A program made the translations under genes and the position numbers. From IMG/VR virus record IMGVR_UViG_3300030099_004448, positions 124,001 through 188,000 of that record: a DNA stretch of 64,000 bases. One strand, 5' to 3'. Shown piece after piece: positions 18,644 through 26,332 of the stretch (within the stretch, counting starts at the first letter, position 1; each line of letters starts with the position of its first letter). Below the pieces are notes generated by a model, which saw only the letters and a program-made list of their open reading frames with translations, was not told the origin of the DNA and did no database searches.

Positions 18644-18649
18644 TAAAAA

Positions 18650-18717
18650 GTTGAGACACAACTCAACTGCGGTGACCCCCTTGGTAGTTCAGGGTTAGCG
18701 GCGATAGGAACTACCAA
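18650..18717 (+). ncRNA. Candidate structured (pseudoknotted) RNA 5' of tRNA-Arg
   Basis: Hairpin GTTGAG/CTCAAC; 10-bp stem TTGGTAGTTC/GAACTACCAA whose loop GGGTTA can pair with upstream TGACCC. Confidence 0.55.
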
Positions 18718-18719
18718 TT

Positions 18720-18793
18720 GGTTCAGTAGCTCAGCTGGATAGAGCAACTGCCTTCTAAGCAGTCGGTCGTAGGTTCGAGTCCTACCTGAATCG
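18720..18793 (+). tRNA. tRNA-Arg(UCU)
   Basis: Cloverleaf: acceptor GGTTCAG/CTGAATC, anticodon loop CTTCTAA, T-loop GTTCGAG. Confidence 0.95.
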
Positions 18794-18809
18794 TGTCCTT
18801 TTATTTCTT

Positions 18810-19004
18810 ATGGACAATTACACCTTTGGTGGGAGACCTGTAACGGGGGTTCATCTTCTATTACTTATAAGTGAGATGGAAGGTACTTACCAACATCTTA
18901 AGTATATGGGATTTGAAGATGACATGAACACCATTGATGAAATGAAGAAGAGGTATTATAAACTCTACTTCAAAACAAAGAAAGAAGAAAACAATCCCCT
19001 GTAG
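18810..19004 (+). CDS. Small hypothetical protein
   Basis: 64-aa ORF between tRNAs; its stop overlaps the tRNA-Asn 5' end. Confidence 0.6.
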   Translation: MDNYTFGGRPVTGVHLLLLISEMEGTYQHLKYMGFEDDMNTIDEMKKRYYKLYFKTKKEENNPL

Positions 19005-19068
19005 CTCAATCAGGCAGAGCACGGAGCTGTTAACTCTGGGGTTACTGGTTCGATTCCAGTCGGGGGAG
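18995..19068 (+). tRNA. tRNA-Asn(GUU)
   Basis: Acceptor TCCCCTG/CGGGGGA, anticodon loop CTGTTAA, T-loop GTTCGAT. Confidence 0.93.
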
Positions 19069-19193
19069 TAAGGGACTGGAATGCATCCTGGCTCACATCT
19101 CCGAGAGAAAAAAGAATCGGAAACCAACCCATGTGAGAGAGAGGTGGGATCCCTCTTGAGCCTCCCCCGCTGACGAGTGGGGGATATTCCCAA
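19069..19193 (+). ncRNA. Candidate structured RNA between tRNA-Asn and tRNA-Leu
   Basis: Nested stems CTCACAT/ATGTGAG and TCCGA/TCGGA, plus GAGAGG/CCTCTT and TCCCCCGCT/AGTGGGGGA hairpins; GC-rich relative to the flanks; no ORF. Confidence 0.55.
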
Positions 19194-19275
19194 GTCGATG
19201 TGGCGGAATTGGTATACGCGCTGGGTTTAGGTTCCAGTGAGGCAACTCATGAAGGTTCAAGTCCTTTCATCGACA
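19194..19275 (+). tRNA. tRNA-Leu(UAG)
   Basis: Acceptor GTCGATG/CATCGAC, anticodon TAG, long variable arm. Confidence 0.95.
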
Positions 19276-19304
19276 CTAAATAGAAGAAACTGGGCAAACC
19301 TCCT

Positions 19305-19775
19305 ATGCAGATAGTAGAACCCCATTCGACCATATTGGTGTTAAACAGTTCATACGAACCATTACACTTCACCAATTGGAAACGAGCGATCATTCTACTA
19401 TTCAAGGACAAAGCTAAGTTAATCTCAAAAAGAGTCATCAGACTCGTTAATTACGTGAGACTACCTTTCATACGTCTGGGGGAGATGTTTCCCTCCCGAC
19501 ATTTGATTTACAAACGTGATAATTATGAATGCCAATATTGTGGATCTAAGAAAGATCTCACTATTGACCATGTGACACCAAGGTCCAAGGGTGGCGATGA
19601 TACATGGACAAACCTTGTAACAGCATGTTCATCCTGTAATGTAAAGAAAGGTAGTAAAACTCTCAAAGAAGCTGGATTGGTTCTAAAGTCTACGCCAAGA
19701 GCACCAATCAGCAAAGTCATGTTAGACTTAGAAAAGACTACAATCTCAGAGTGGAAAGAGTACAACTGGGGTTGA
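19305..19775 (+). CDS. HNH endonuclease (McrA-like)
   Basis: RD..CQYCG...LTIDHVTPRSKGG...WTNLVTACSSCN..K. Confidence 0.92.
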   Translation: MQIVEPHSTILVLNSSYEPLHFTNWKRAIILLFKDKAKLISKRVIRLVNYVRLPFIRLGEMFPSRHLIYKRDNYECQYCGSKKDLTIDHVTPRSKGGDDTWTNLVTACSSCNVKKGSKTLKEAGLVLKSTPRAPISKVMLDLEKTTISEWKEYNWG

Positions 19776-19800
19776 CACTAATATAGTCTCACGTTATAAT
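19772..19800 (+). promoter_or_regulatory. Consensus sigma70-like promoter
   Basis: TTGACA-17 nt-TATAAT, 8 nt before tRNA-Gly. Confidence 0.85.
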
Positions 19801-19808
19801 AATCACAT

Positions 19809-19883
19809 GCGGAATTAGTTCAGTGGTAGAACGTCAGCCTTCCAAGCTGAATGTCAGGGGTTCAAATCCCCTATTCCGCTCCA
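19809..19883 (+). tRNA. tRNA-Gly(UCC), CCA encoded
   Basis: Acceptor GCGGAAT/ATTCCGC, anticodon loop CTTCCAA. Confidence 0.95.
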
Positions 19884-19955
19884 GGGAGATTAACTCAGCG
19901 GTAGAGTGTCTCGTTTACACCGAGGTTGTCACTGGTTCGATCCCAGTATCTCCCA
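19884..19955 (+). tRNA. tRNA-Val(UAC)
   Basis: Acceptor GGGAGAT/ATCTCCC, anticodon loop TTTACAC; abuts tRNA-Gly with no spacer. Confidence 0.95.
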
Positions 19956-19969
19956 TACAGGTACAAAAA

Positions 19970-20218
19970 ATGTTAAGAGTAAGATGCAAAGAATGTAATA
20001 CAGAATTGACAAGTAGTAGTAAAGTTCAGTTCTGTGGATGTCCTAATCAAATGAGAGTTGTGGATGACAAGGTTGGTGCAGTTGATTTGAATCAAGTAGT
20101 GATGTTAGACTCCTACAAGAAAGATCAAAGTAAAAATGTTCTTTCTCAAAGTGATCTTGCATATCAAGAAGCAAGACGTTCACGAAAGGTTCGCAAGTTA
20201 GATTTTGAAGTTCGATGA
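19970..20218 (+). CDS. Hypothetical protein with CxxC/CxC (possible Zn ribbon)
   Basis: ATG at 19970 (MLRVRCKECN...FCGCPN). The ORF-track extension to 19823 runs through tRNA genes. Confidence 0.7.
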   Translation: MLRVRCKECNTELTSSSKVQFCGCPNQMRVVDDKVGAVDLNQVVMLDSYKKDQSKNVLSQSDLAYQEARRSRKVRKLDFEVR

Positions 20219-20445
20219 GAAAAATCCTTAAGATATGGAAGTATTCACTAGGAAGTTTCTCTGATGAAAAAACAGAACCCTATGATAACTACGTGGCTGG
20301 CATACGTACTATTATATTCATTTCTTATATGGTTACTAATTGTTTTATTGTCAGCGGAGTAATCCGCCATTGGAATGAAAACCCTCCTAATCCACCTGAT
20401 AGCGTTCTGGAATGTAGTTGTAATGAACTGTATCCAACCCCCTAA
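20215..20445 (+). CDS. Small hypothetical membrane protein
   Basis: ATGA overlap with the previous gene; one TM segment. Confidence 0.6.
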   Translation: MRKILKIWKYSLGSFSDEKTEPYDNYVAGIRTIIFISYMVTNCFIVSGVIRHWNENPPNPPDSVLECSCNELYPTP

Positions 20446-20575
20446 CTGGAAACATTGTTATCGTGTTGACCAGTGGTTATTACCCGAAGTAGTTCAGGGA
20501 TATAAACTCTGGACTGGGCAAGAAAAGATCTATCAAAATGAAAAAGAGTTCTTAGAAACTCAATCTCTTAAATGA
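20375..20575 (+). CDS. Small hypothetical protein
   Basis: ORF whose stop overlaps the next start. Confidence 0.55.
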   Translation: MKTLLIHLIAFWNVVVMNCIQPPNWKHCYRVDQWLLPEVVQGYKLWTGQEKIYQNEKEFLETQSLK

Positions 20576-21201
20576 AAAATTTACTATTGCTACTTGCACT
20601 ATTAATTCCTTCTGCATCTGCTGAAGAAAGTGTATTTTACACATATGAAGCAATGCAGTGTATGAAATTCCGTGAGTGTACTGAAGGTGTTAGGAGACTT
20701 TCTTCCGAAGACTATGAGGGAGAAGCAAAGATTATCATCAGTAATCTTGATAAGATGGGAGTGGAAGTATATAATGCCATTCCACAATATTTTGTAGATG
20801 AATATCGTGCTGTATATTATTCGGATAAGAATACTATTTTTATAAACGAACGATATACTCAAAAACCTGAAAAATTTTTGTCAATTCTACGTCATGAGTC
20901 ATGGCACGCTGCACAAGATTGTATGGCAGGTGGTATGCATAACTCAGACATTTTAAGTATTCTGAGTCACGAAGTAATTCCTGATGAAATTGTTGAAGAA
21001 ACTTTTTCTCGTTATGGTTTAAACGATCCCGAAGTCATTCGTATTGAACGTGAAGCAGTCTGGGCAATGTACAAACCCAATATGACGGTCAAAGCACTGC
21101 AAGCTTGTAATTCTGATACACCAATGTGGGAAACATATTTTCCACCAAAGAGAACTTGGAGATGGTTGTATTGGAATGGTCACCTAGAACACTTGTATTA
21201 A
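20572..21201 (+). CDS. Secreted protein with an HExxH zinc-metallopeptidase motif
   Basis: Signal peptide MKNLLLLLALLIPSASA; ILRHESWHAAQ motif; downstream E.EA. Confidence 0.6.
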   Translation: MKNLLLLLALLIPSASAEESVFYTYEAMQCMKFRECTEGVRRLSSEDYEGEAKIIISNLDKMGVEVYNAIPQYFVDEYRAVYYSDKNTIFINERYTQKPEKFLSILRHESWHAAQDCMAGGMHNSDILSILSHEVIPDEIVEETFSRYGLNDPEVIRIEREAVWAMYKPNMTVKALQACNSDTPMWETYFPPKRTWRWLYWNGHLEHLY

Positions 21202-21304
21202 AATTATTTTATATTTTTTTAATGTATGTTAAGGAATGGTCACATTTGTTGACAGTCTGAGTACGTTAATTACAATATAGCTTGTACGATTAAATACCTA
21301 TCAA

Positions 21305-21487
21305 ATGGACAAATACACCTACGAGAATTGGGTGAGAGTAAAGGCAACATTTGAAGAATCTGGTAACACAGACAATTTGTTTTATCAAAGAGCCTGTGCA
21401 ATTGTAGGCGGTGCTCCAGATCCGCTAGATAAAATGCTGGGAAAACCAATACAGAATGACACACAGGATGACGGAACTGAGACCTGA
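21305..21487 (+). CDS. Small hypothetical protein
   Basis: ORF downstream of TTGACA-16 nt-TACAAT (21249-21276). Confidence 0.6.
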   Translation: MDKYTYENWVRVKATFEESGNTDNLFYQRACAIVGGAPDPLDKMLGKPIQNDTQDDGTET

Positions 21488-21671
21488 ACATTTAGTTACA
21501 CATAGTGAGTGTCAACGGATGATTGATGATGCTATCCGAAGACACAATCGAAATGCTGGAATTATCAGTATGTTTGTGGGTTTCTTTATTCTCGGACTTT
21601 TTAGTGAGGGTTTATTGAGATTAATTGGCGTCATTCCTCCACTACTACCATGGTTACAAATCAAATTGTAG
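21456..21671 (+). CDS. Small hypothetical membrane protein
   Basis: One TM segment near the C-terminus. Confidence 0.6.
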   Translation: MTHRMTELRPEHLVTHSECQRMIDDAIRRHNRNAGIISMFVGFFILGLFSEGLLRLIGVIPPLLPWLQIKL

Positions 21672-21673
21672 AA

Positions 21674-21823
21674 ATGAATCAGGAAGAAAGAAGAGAATTT
21701 TACAAAGATTTGCGAGAGAGGATTCATCAACTCAGAATGGGTCATTTATTTGAAGAACCATGCCCACTATACGAACCCGAATGGGATTCCGATACTCGCA
21801 TGACTTATGATGATCATGAATAA
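21674..21823 (+). CDS. Small hypothetical protein (49 aa)
   Basis: Manual translation MNQEERREFYKDLRERIHQLRMGHLFEEPCPLYEPEW... Confidence 0.5.
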   Translation: MNQEERREFYKDLRERIHQLRMGHLFEEPCPLYEPEWDSDTRMTYDDHE

Positions 21824-21928
21824 TCTTTAGAAACGGAGATATGCAATGAAATACACTATGAGTGTTTTTCTTGTAGTATATACACTAATAACCCTTCTAG
21901 TAGTCTATGGACTACACAGTGCGTACAG

Positions 21929-22141
21929 ATGAAACAGTCTATCATTCTTATTGCGTGTTTTACACCTCTCGCAATCATCTACATAGTAATGAAGATAGCT
22001 GTTTGGATGTCCGCTGTTAACCAGGAGAAGAAGTATGTTGCCCAAGAACCCTTCAGAAAACGAGGACCCTATTTGGACAACGCATATGCTGACGTTGACG
22101 AAGAGGAAGAGGAGTATGGAGATCGCACAGACTATCGATAG
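21929..22141 (+). CDS. Small hypothetical membrane protein
   Basis: N-terminal TM and acidic tail. Confidence 0.6.
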   Translation: MKQSIILIACFTPLAIIYIVMKIAVWMSAVNQEKKYVAQEPFRKRGPYLDNAYADVDEEEEEYGDRTDYR

Positions 22142-22258
22142 TGCTCTAAAAGAGTATTACTCCGAGAAAGGAATGACTGTACCACAATGGAAACAAAGAA
22201 AAGATCCATTATGGTGGAGAGAATATTTAATTAGACTAGGAATTGACCCTAAAAATCC

Positions 22259-22393
22259 ATGATACTTGCACAATTTTTACTTTTTTCTTGCGTCCCATTT
22301 GTGATCGTAACTTTATTCTTTGGAACCAAGGGTGGGTACTATGATACAGATCTGTATGATGGTGATGGAACTGCTCACAAGGTGTTGAGGTGA
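22259..22393 (+). CDS. ndhP: NdhP-like small subunit of the cyanobacterial NDH-1L complex (44 aa)
   Basis: Manual translation MILAQFLLFSCVPFVIVTLFFGTKGGYYDTDLYDGDGTAHKVLR. A TM helix followed by FFGTxxGxYDTDxYxGxGxAH matches the NdhP C-terminus as I recall it. Confidence 0.75.
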   Translation: MILAQFLLFSCVPFVIVTLFFGTKGGYYDTDLYDGDGTAHKVLR

Positions 22394-22444
22394 CTCGGGA
22401 TAGCAACCCCGTAAAAAGTTCTGTTTACCCTAACGGACAAACAG

Positions 22445-22594
22445 ATGGCAAACTCACCCACCGACAAGAGCAAAGACTTTATTAAGTCTGGTATGACACT
22501 TATAACTCAACTTGATAGTGACAAATATCTAAAACGATACAAAGAAAAAGATGATGCATCAAGCCGGGCAATTAGCCGCGTGGACTCTGAATAA
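22445..22594 (+). CDS. Small hypothetical protein (49 aa)
   Basis: Manual translation MANSPTDKSKDFIKSGMTLITQ...; preceded by two hairpins. Confidence 0.45.
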   Translation: MANSPTDKSKDFIKSGMTLITQLDSDKYLKRYKEKDDASSRAISRVDSE

Positions 22595-22715
22595 TCCTTG
22601 GACACTAGGCATCTTATCTTGGTGCCTAGTGTTTGTGCCCATCTTAGGAATGTGGGCAATCCATAAGTACGGATGGGAACACTGGGAACCATTTGACAAA
22701 ATGTTCAAGAAGTAG
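22551..22715 (+). CDS. Small membrane protein (54 aa)
   Basis: Manual translation MMHQAGQLAAWTLNNPWTLGILSWCLVFVPILGMWAIHKYGWEHWEPF... Confidence 0.55.
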   Translation: MMHQAGQLAAWTLNNPWTLGILSWCLVFVPILGMWAIHKYGWEHWEPFDKMFKK

Positions 22716-22731
22716 TATACTTAATTCACTA

Positions 22732-22805
22732 CGGGATGTAGCTCAGTTTGGTAGAGCACTCGCTTTGGGAGCGAGTGGCCGTAGGTTCAAATCCTATCAT
22801 CCCGA
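22732..22805 (+). tRNA. tRNA-Pro(UGG)
   Basis: Acceptor CGGGATG/CATCCCG, anticodon loop TTTGGGA. Confidence 0.95.
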
Positions 22806-22808
22806 TTT

Positions 22809-23588
22809 ATGAAAGTTCAATTCTATACCAAATATGGTAATAAGGATATCATTCCAGAACCCATACCTGCTTCTAAAGTAGTTCCAAAGTGGTTTTCGGA
22901 TATAAAAATTGAAAAAATAAAATCACCGATTATATCAGACCCAGAAAATATAAGAGATCTTGAAAGAAATAGAGGTAAGGTCACTATAAAAAAGTGTCCT
23001 GGGGTTCAGGAGATATTAAAGACTGGATATGTTATAAGATCTTGGGTAGATTTTGTTTTTAGAGAAGAAGATGGTTCTCTATATGTAAACTGGATTGATG
23101 ATCATAGTGATCACCAGAATGAATATTCCCTGCATGGTATGAATCAAATAGAGGGCATTCCAAATGCTCCTCTTTATGGAGGGTTTCATAAAATTATTTC
23201 TCCTTGGACTATAAAAACAGAACCAGGAGTTTCCATAATGATAATGGATGCTTTTTGGCAAAACAAATCTAATTTTACATCCGTACAGGGTATAGTTCAT
23301 ACGGATGTATCTCCTTTGCAATTGCATTGGATGTTTGAGTGGAATTATAAGATCGAGACTGGAATGTCTACTGATATTGATGTGGATAACCAACTTGTTA
23401 AATATGGTGACCCCCTATTTTTGGTTATTCCCTTCAAAAGACAATCGTTTGAGATAGAATGTAATTACGTCAGTGAAGAAGAATGGACTAGACTGAATGG
23501 TGTAGAACTAACTATGTTGGATGACAAGTTGGCATCTAAGTGCCCTTACGTAAAATTTAGACAGACTATTGGCAATCTTTTCCGATGA
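22809..23588 (+). CDS. Hypothetical protein
   Basis: Long ORF with PEPIPA...PKWF and TIKKCPG...GY motifs, a pattern seen in phage accessory proteins. Confidence 0.75.
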   Translation: MKVQFYTKYGNKDIIPEPIPASKVVPKWFSDIKIEKIKSPIISDPENIRDLERNRGKVTIKKCPGVQEILKTGYVIRSWVDFVFREEDGSLYVNWIDDHSDHQNEYSLHGMNQIEGIPNAPLYGGFHKIISPWTIKTEPGVSIMIMDAFWQNKSNFTSVQGIVHTDVSPLQLHWMFEWNYKIETGMSTDIDVDNQLVKYGDPLFLVIPFKRQSFEIECNYVSEEEWTRLNGVELTMLDDKLASKCPYVKFRQTIGNLFR

Positions 23589-24889
23589 CAGAATTTAATA
23601 AAGTATTTTGCATGGCTCCTTGGGTTCACATGAACGTGAACTGCAATGGTGATGTATATCCATGTTGTATGTTGCCTATTCTTGAAACAGAAGAGAATGA
23701 AGATACTGATAAGATGCTTGACTATGATGGATTTGATAAAGATAATCCGTTGGAGTATGTTGCTGGAGAATGTGACGGAGCTCCCAGAGAGTTCAAAACA
23801 GGATCTCTAATCAATCAGTCCATGAAGGAAGCATGGAACAGTGAAGAGATGAAAGAACTGCGTAGAAATATGATTGCAGGGAAGAGATCTAGTTTCTGTA
23901 CCACTTGTTACAAGGAAGAATCTGTTGGAGCCTTCTCTCATCGTCAAGCGATGAATAATAGTTATGGTCATCACTATAAGTATGTTGATGAAACTAAAGA
24001 AGATGGTACGTTTGATCGATTTAATCTAGTTTATTGGGATTTTAGACTCAGTAACGTTTGTAATTTCAAGTGTCGTATGTGTGGACCTGGATGTAGTTCT
24101 GCATGGGAAAAAGAAATGCGGAAAGAGTTTGATATTAAAGACCCTTTCCCTAAGATTGATATGGACATGGTTCGAGATAACATCGAACCTTTGTATGACA
24201 TTGTGGAAGAATGTTATTTTGCTGGTGGTGAACCCATGATTATGGATCATCACTATGAAATCCTACAAGAATTAATCAAGAGAGGTAGAACTGATGTAAG
24301 AATCAGATATAATACAAACTTCAGTACCCTCACATATAAAGGTATCAATGTTCTTGATCTCTGGGAACAGTTTGATGATGTTCAGATTATGATCAGTATT
24401 GATGGTATTGGTGAAAGAGGTGAACTTGTCCGTAAAGGATTTAATTGGCAAAGATTCTTGGATAATTCTAAAAAATTTAGAGAGAGATTTCCAGATAAAA
24501 AGATTACCATCAATTATGTTATTCAAGCATTGACTGCATTTCATGCCATAGATGCACAGAATGAACTTTACTTGCGTGGTATTATTAATGAATTGGATGA
24601 TTTCTATTGTTGTCTATTGCACAACCCAGACTTTCTTTCTGTCTGTATCTTAGATTCAAAAACTAGAAAAGAACTCGGACAAAAAATTAAAGAACATATT
24701 AAAGAAACTCTTGTTCCTGCCAATGCAAAGGATTCTATTAACGGATATATAAGTGTATTAAAGCTTCTTGCTAGTGAAAAAAGATCTGATCTTATTCCTA
24801 ACTTTAAAGCATATATGAATGCTTTGGATGCTTTGCGTGGTGAAGACACTTTAAAAACATTCCCAGAATTAAAGAGAGTTCTACAATGA
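23585..24889 (+). CDS. Radical SAM enzyme with an N-terminal SPASM/twitch domain
   Basis: FCMAPW...DVYPCC...CTTCY (SPASM-like); NVCNFKCRMC (CxxxCxxC); FAGGEP. Confidence 0.9.
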   Translation: MTEFNKVFCMAPWVHMNVNCNGDVYPCCMLPILETEENEDTDKMLDYDGFDKDNPLEYVAGECDGAPREFKTGSLINQSMKEAWNSEEMKELRRNMIAGKRSSFCTTCYKEESVGAFSHRQAMNNSYGHHYKYVDETKEDGTFDRFNLVYWDFRLSNVCNFKCRMCGPGCSSAWEKEMRKEFDIKDPFPKIDMDMVRDNIEPLYDIVEECYFAGGEPMIMDHHYEILQELIKRGRTDVRIRYNTNFSTLTYKGINVLDLWEQFDDVQIMISIDGIGERGELVRKGFNWQRFLDNSKKFRERFPDKKITINYVIQALTAFHAIDAQNELYLRGIINELDDFYCCLLHNPDFLSVCILDSKTRKELGQKIKEHIKETLVPANAKDSINGYISVLKLLASEKRSDLIPNFKAYMNALDALRGEDTLKTFPELKRVLQ

Positions 24890-25050
24890 TTGACGAACAT
24901 GGTTGGACACAAAAAGATCCTATTTCAGACGAGGAATGTATCCTAATTTGTTTGAGAAACGCTCCCTGTGGAACTGATAGAAAACAAGTAGATCGTTTGA
25001 TCAAAAATTTCCATGAACTTGTGCCTATTTTAAAGGATATTAAAAAATGA
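24886..25050 (+). CDS. Small protein (54 aa) between the two radical SAM genes
   Basis: Manual translation MIDEHGWTQKDPISDEECILICLRNAPCGTDRKQVDRLIK...; ATGA overlaps at both ends. Confidence 0.6.
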   Translation: MIDEHGWTQKDPISDEECILICLRNAPCGTDRKQVDRLIKNFHELVPILKDIKK

Positions 25051-26327
25051 TTGATACAAGTAGAGTAAAATTTGATGATGATGTATTCTGCGTTGCTCCT
25101 TGGTTGAATCTTGATATTCGCCAGGATGGTGAGGTAAAACCTTGTTGCGTTTCTGAATATACTATGGGAGATATCAAGGAAAAATCTCTCTTTGATGTAT
25201 GGAATGATGAACCAATACAAAAATTAAGAGAAGCTTTTCTAAGTGGAACAAGACCAAAGTCCTGCGAAGTATGTTGGGTCAATGAAGCATCCAATAAAAG
25301 TTCTCTACGACAAGATCTCAATGGATTTTTGAATCCAAAAGATCCTGATTGGTGTAAACCTGAGTATAAAGATCATATTATTAATGATACAAATGACGAT
25401 TTTACCGTTAAAAAGCCAGGTTTTATTCACTGGGATGTGAAACTCACCAGTAAATGTAATTTTAAATGTAGGATGTGTAGCGAAACATCATCTTCTACAT
25501 TTGAATTAGAACAAAACGGATTTATTTCTGGTCGATGGGATGCAGAAGAAAAAACTTTTGAAGAAGTTCAACAATATATCCCAATGGTTAAACATCTCTA
25601 TTTCTCTGGGGGAGAACCACTTATTATTGACGCTCATTATAAGATTCTAGATGAAGTAATTAAACTTGGTAGAGAGAAAGAAGTGACCCTTGCTTACAAT
25701 AGTAACTTCAGTACTCTGGTTTATAAGAAGAAACACATCTTTGAATATTGGGAGAAGTTTAAGGATGTAGAAATTCATATCAGTATTGATGGAACTGAAA
25801 AGAGAGGGGAACTTATTCGTAAGGGATTTAACTGGGAGAAGTTCTTATCCAATGCAGAAGAATTTATTGAGAAGTTTTCAGACAAAAATCATCGATTATA
25901 TTTTGATACCACAGTTCAAGCCTTGAACGTCTTTAACGTTGTCGATCTGCACCAAGAACTGTTCAATCGGGGACTCATGAAAGATATTGACTATTTCTTC
26001 TTGAACTTCCTACAGGGTCCTAGACAGATGTCTGTGTGGGTTCTAGATAGACAAACAAAGAAACGTGCTCAAGCTAAGATCCGAGATCATATTGATAACT
26101 TCCTCAAACCCAATAAATCAAAACGATCAGTAGATTTCTATGAGAGTTTGATTACATATATTGATTTGTATCAAGAACAAAAACTTATTCCATCTTTTCT
26201 TGACACCATGAGGCACTTTGATAAAATTAGAAATGAATCTACTATGAAAACTTTTCCAGAATTTCAACGTATCTGGGATGTAATTAAAGTACGAAAAGTA
26301 CCCAAACATCTTAAGGATAAGGTATAA
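25047..26327 (+). CDS. Second radical SAM enzyme with an N-terminal SPASM/twitch domain (paralog of 23585..24889)
   Basis: FCVAPW...VKPCC...CEVCW; KCNFKCRMC; YFSGGEP; shared RGELIRKGFNW. Confidence 0.9.
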   Translation: MIDTSRVKFDDDVFCVAPWLNLDIRQDGEVKPCCVSEYTMGDIKEKSLFDVWNDEPIQKLREAFLSGTRPKSCEVCWVNEASNKSSLRQDLNGFLNPKDPDWCKPEYKDHIINDTNDDFTVKKPGFIHWDVKLTSKCNFKCRMCSETSSSTFELEQNGFISGRWDAEEKTFEEVQQYIPMVKHLYFSGGEPLIIDAHYKILDEVIKLGREKEVTLAYNSNFSTLVYKKKHIFEYWEKFKDVEIHISIDGTEKRGELIRKGFNWEKFLSNAEEFIEKFSDKNHRLYFDTTVQALNVFNVVDLHQELFNRGLMKDIDYFFLNFLQGPRQMSVWVLDRQTKKRAQAKIRDHIDNFLKPNKSKRSVDFYESLITYIDLYQEQKLIPSFLDTMRHFDKIRNESTMKTFPEFQRIWDVIKVRKVPKHLKDKV

Positions 26328-26332
26328 TAAAT

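Noticed and set aside
18861-19438. Minus-strand ORFs 18861..19193 and 19247..19438
   Set aside because: They are antisense to tRNAs, the structured RNA and the HNH gene, with no protein motifs.
19823-19969. N-terminal extension of the 19823..20218 ORF
   Set aside because: It runs through tRNA-Gly and tRNA-Val; the real start is ATG 19970.
22394-22420. Hairpin plus A-tract as a preQ1-I riboswitch
   Set aside because: There is only superficial similarity (short stem, A-rich tail). The conserved loop nucleotides are not evident and no queuosine genes are nearby, so it is kept only as a generic leader candidate.
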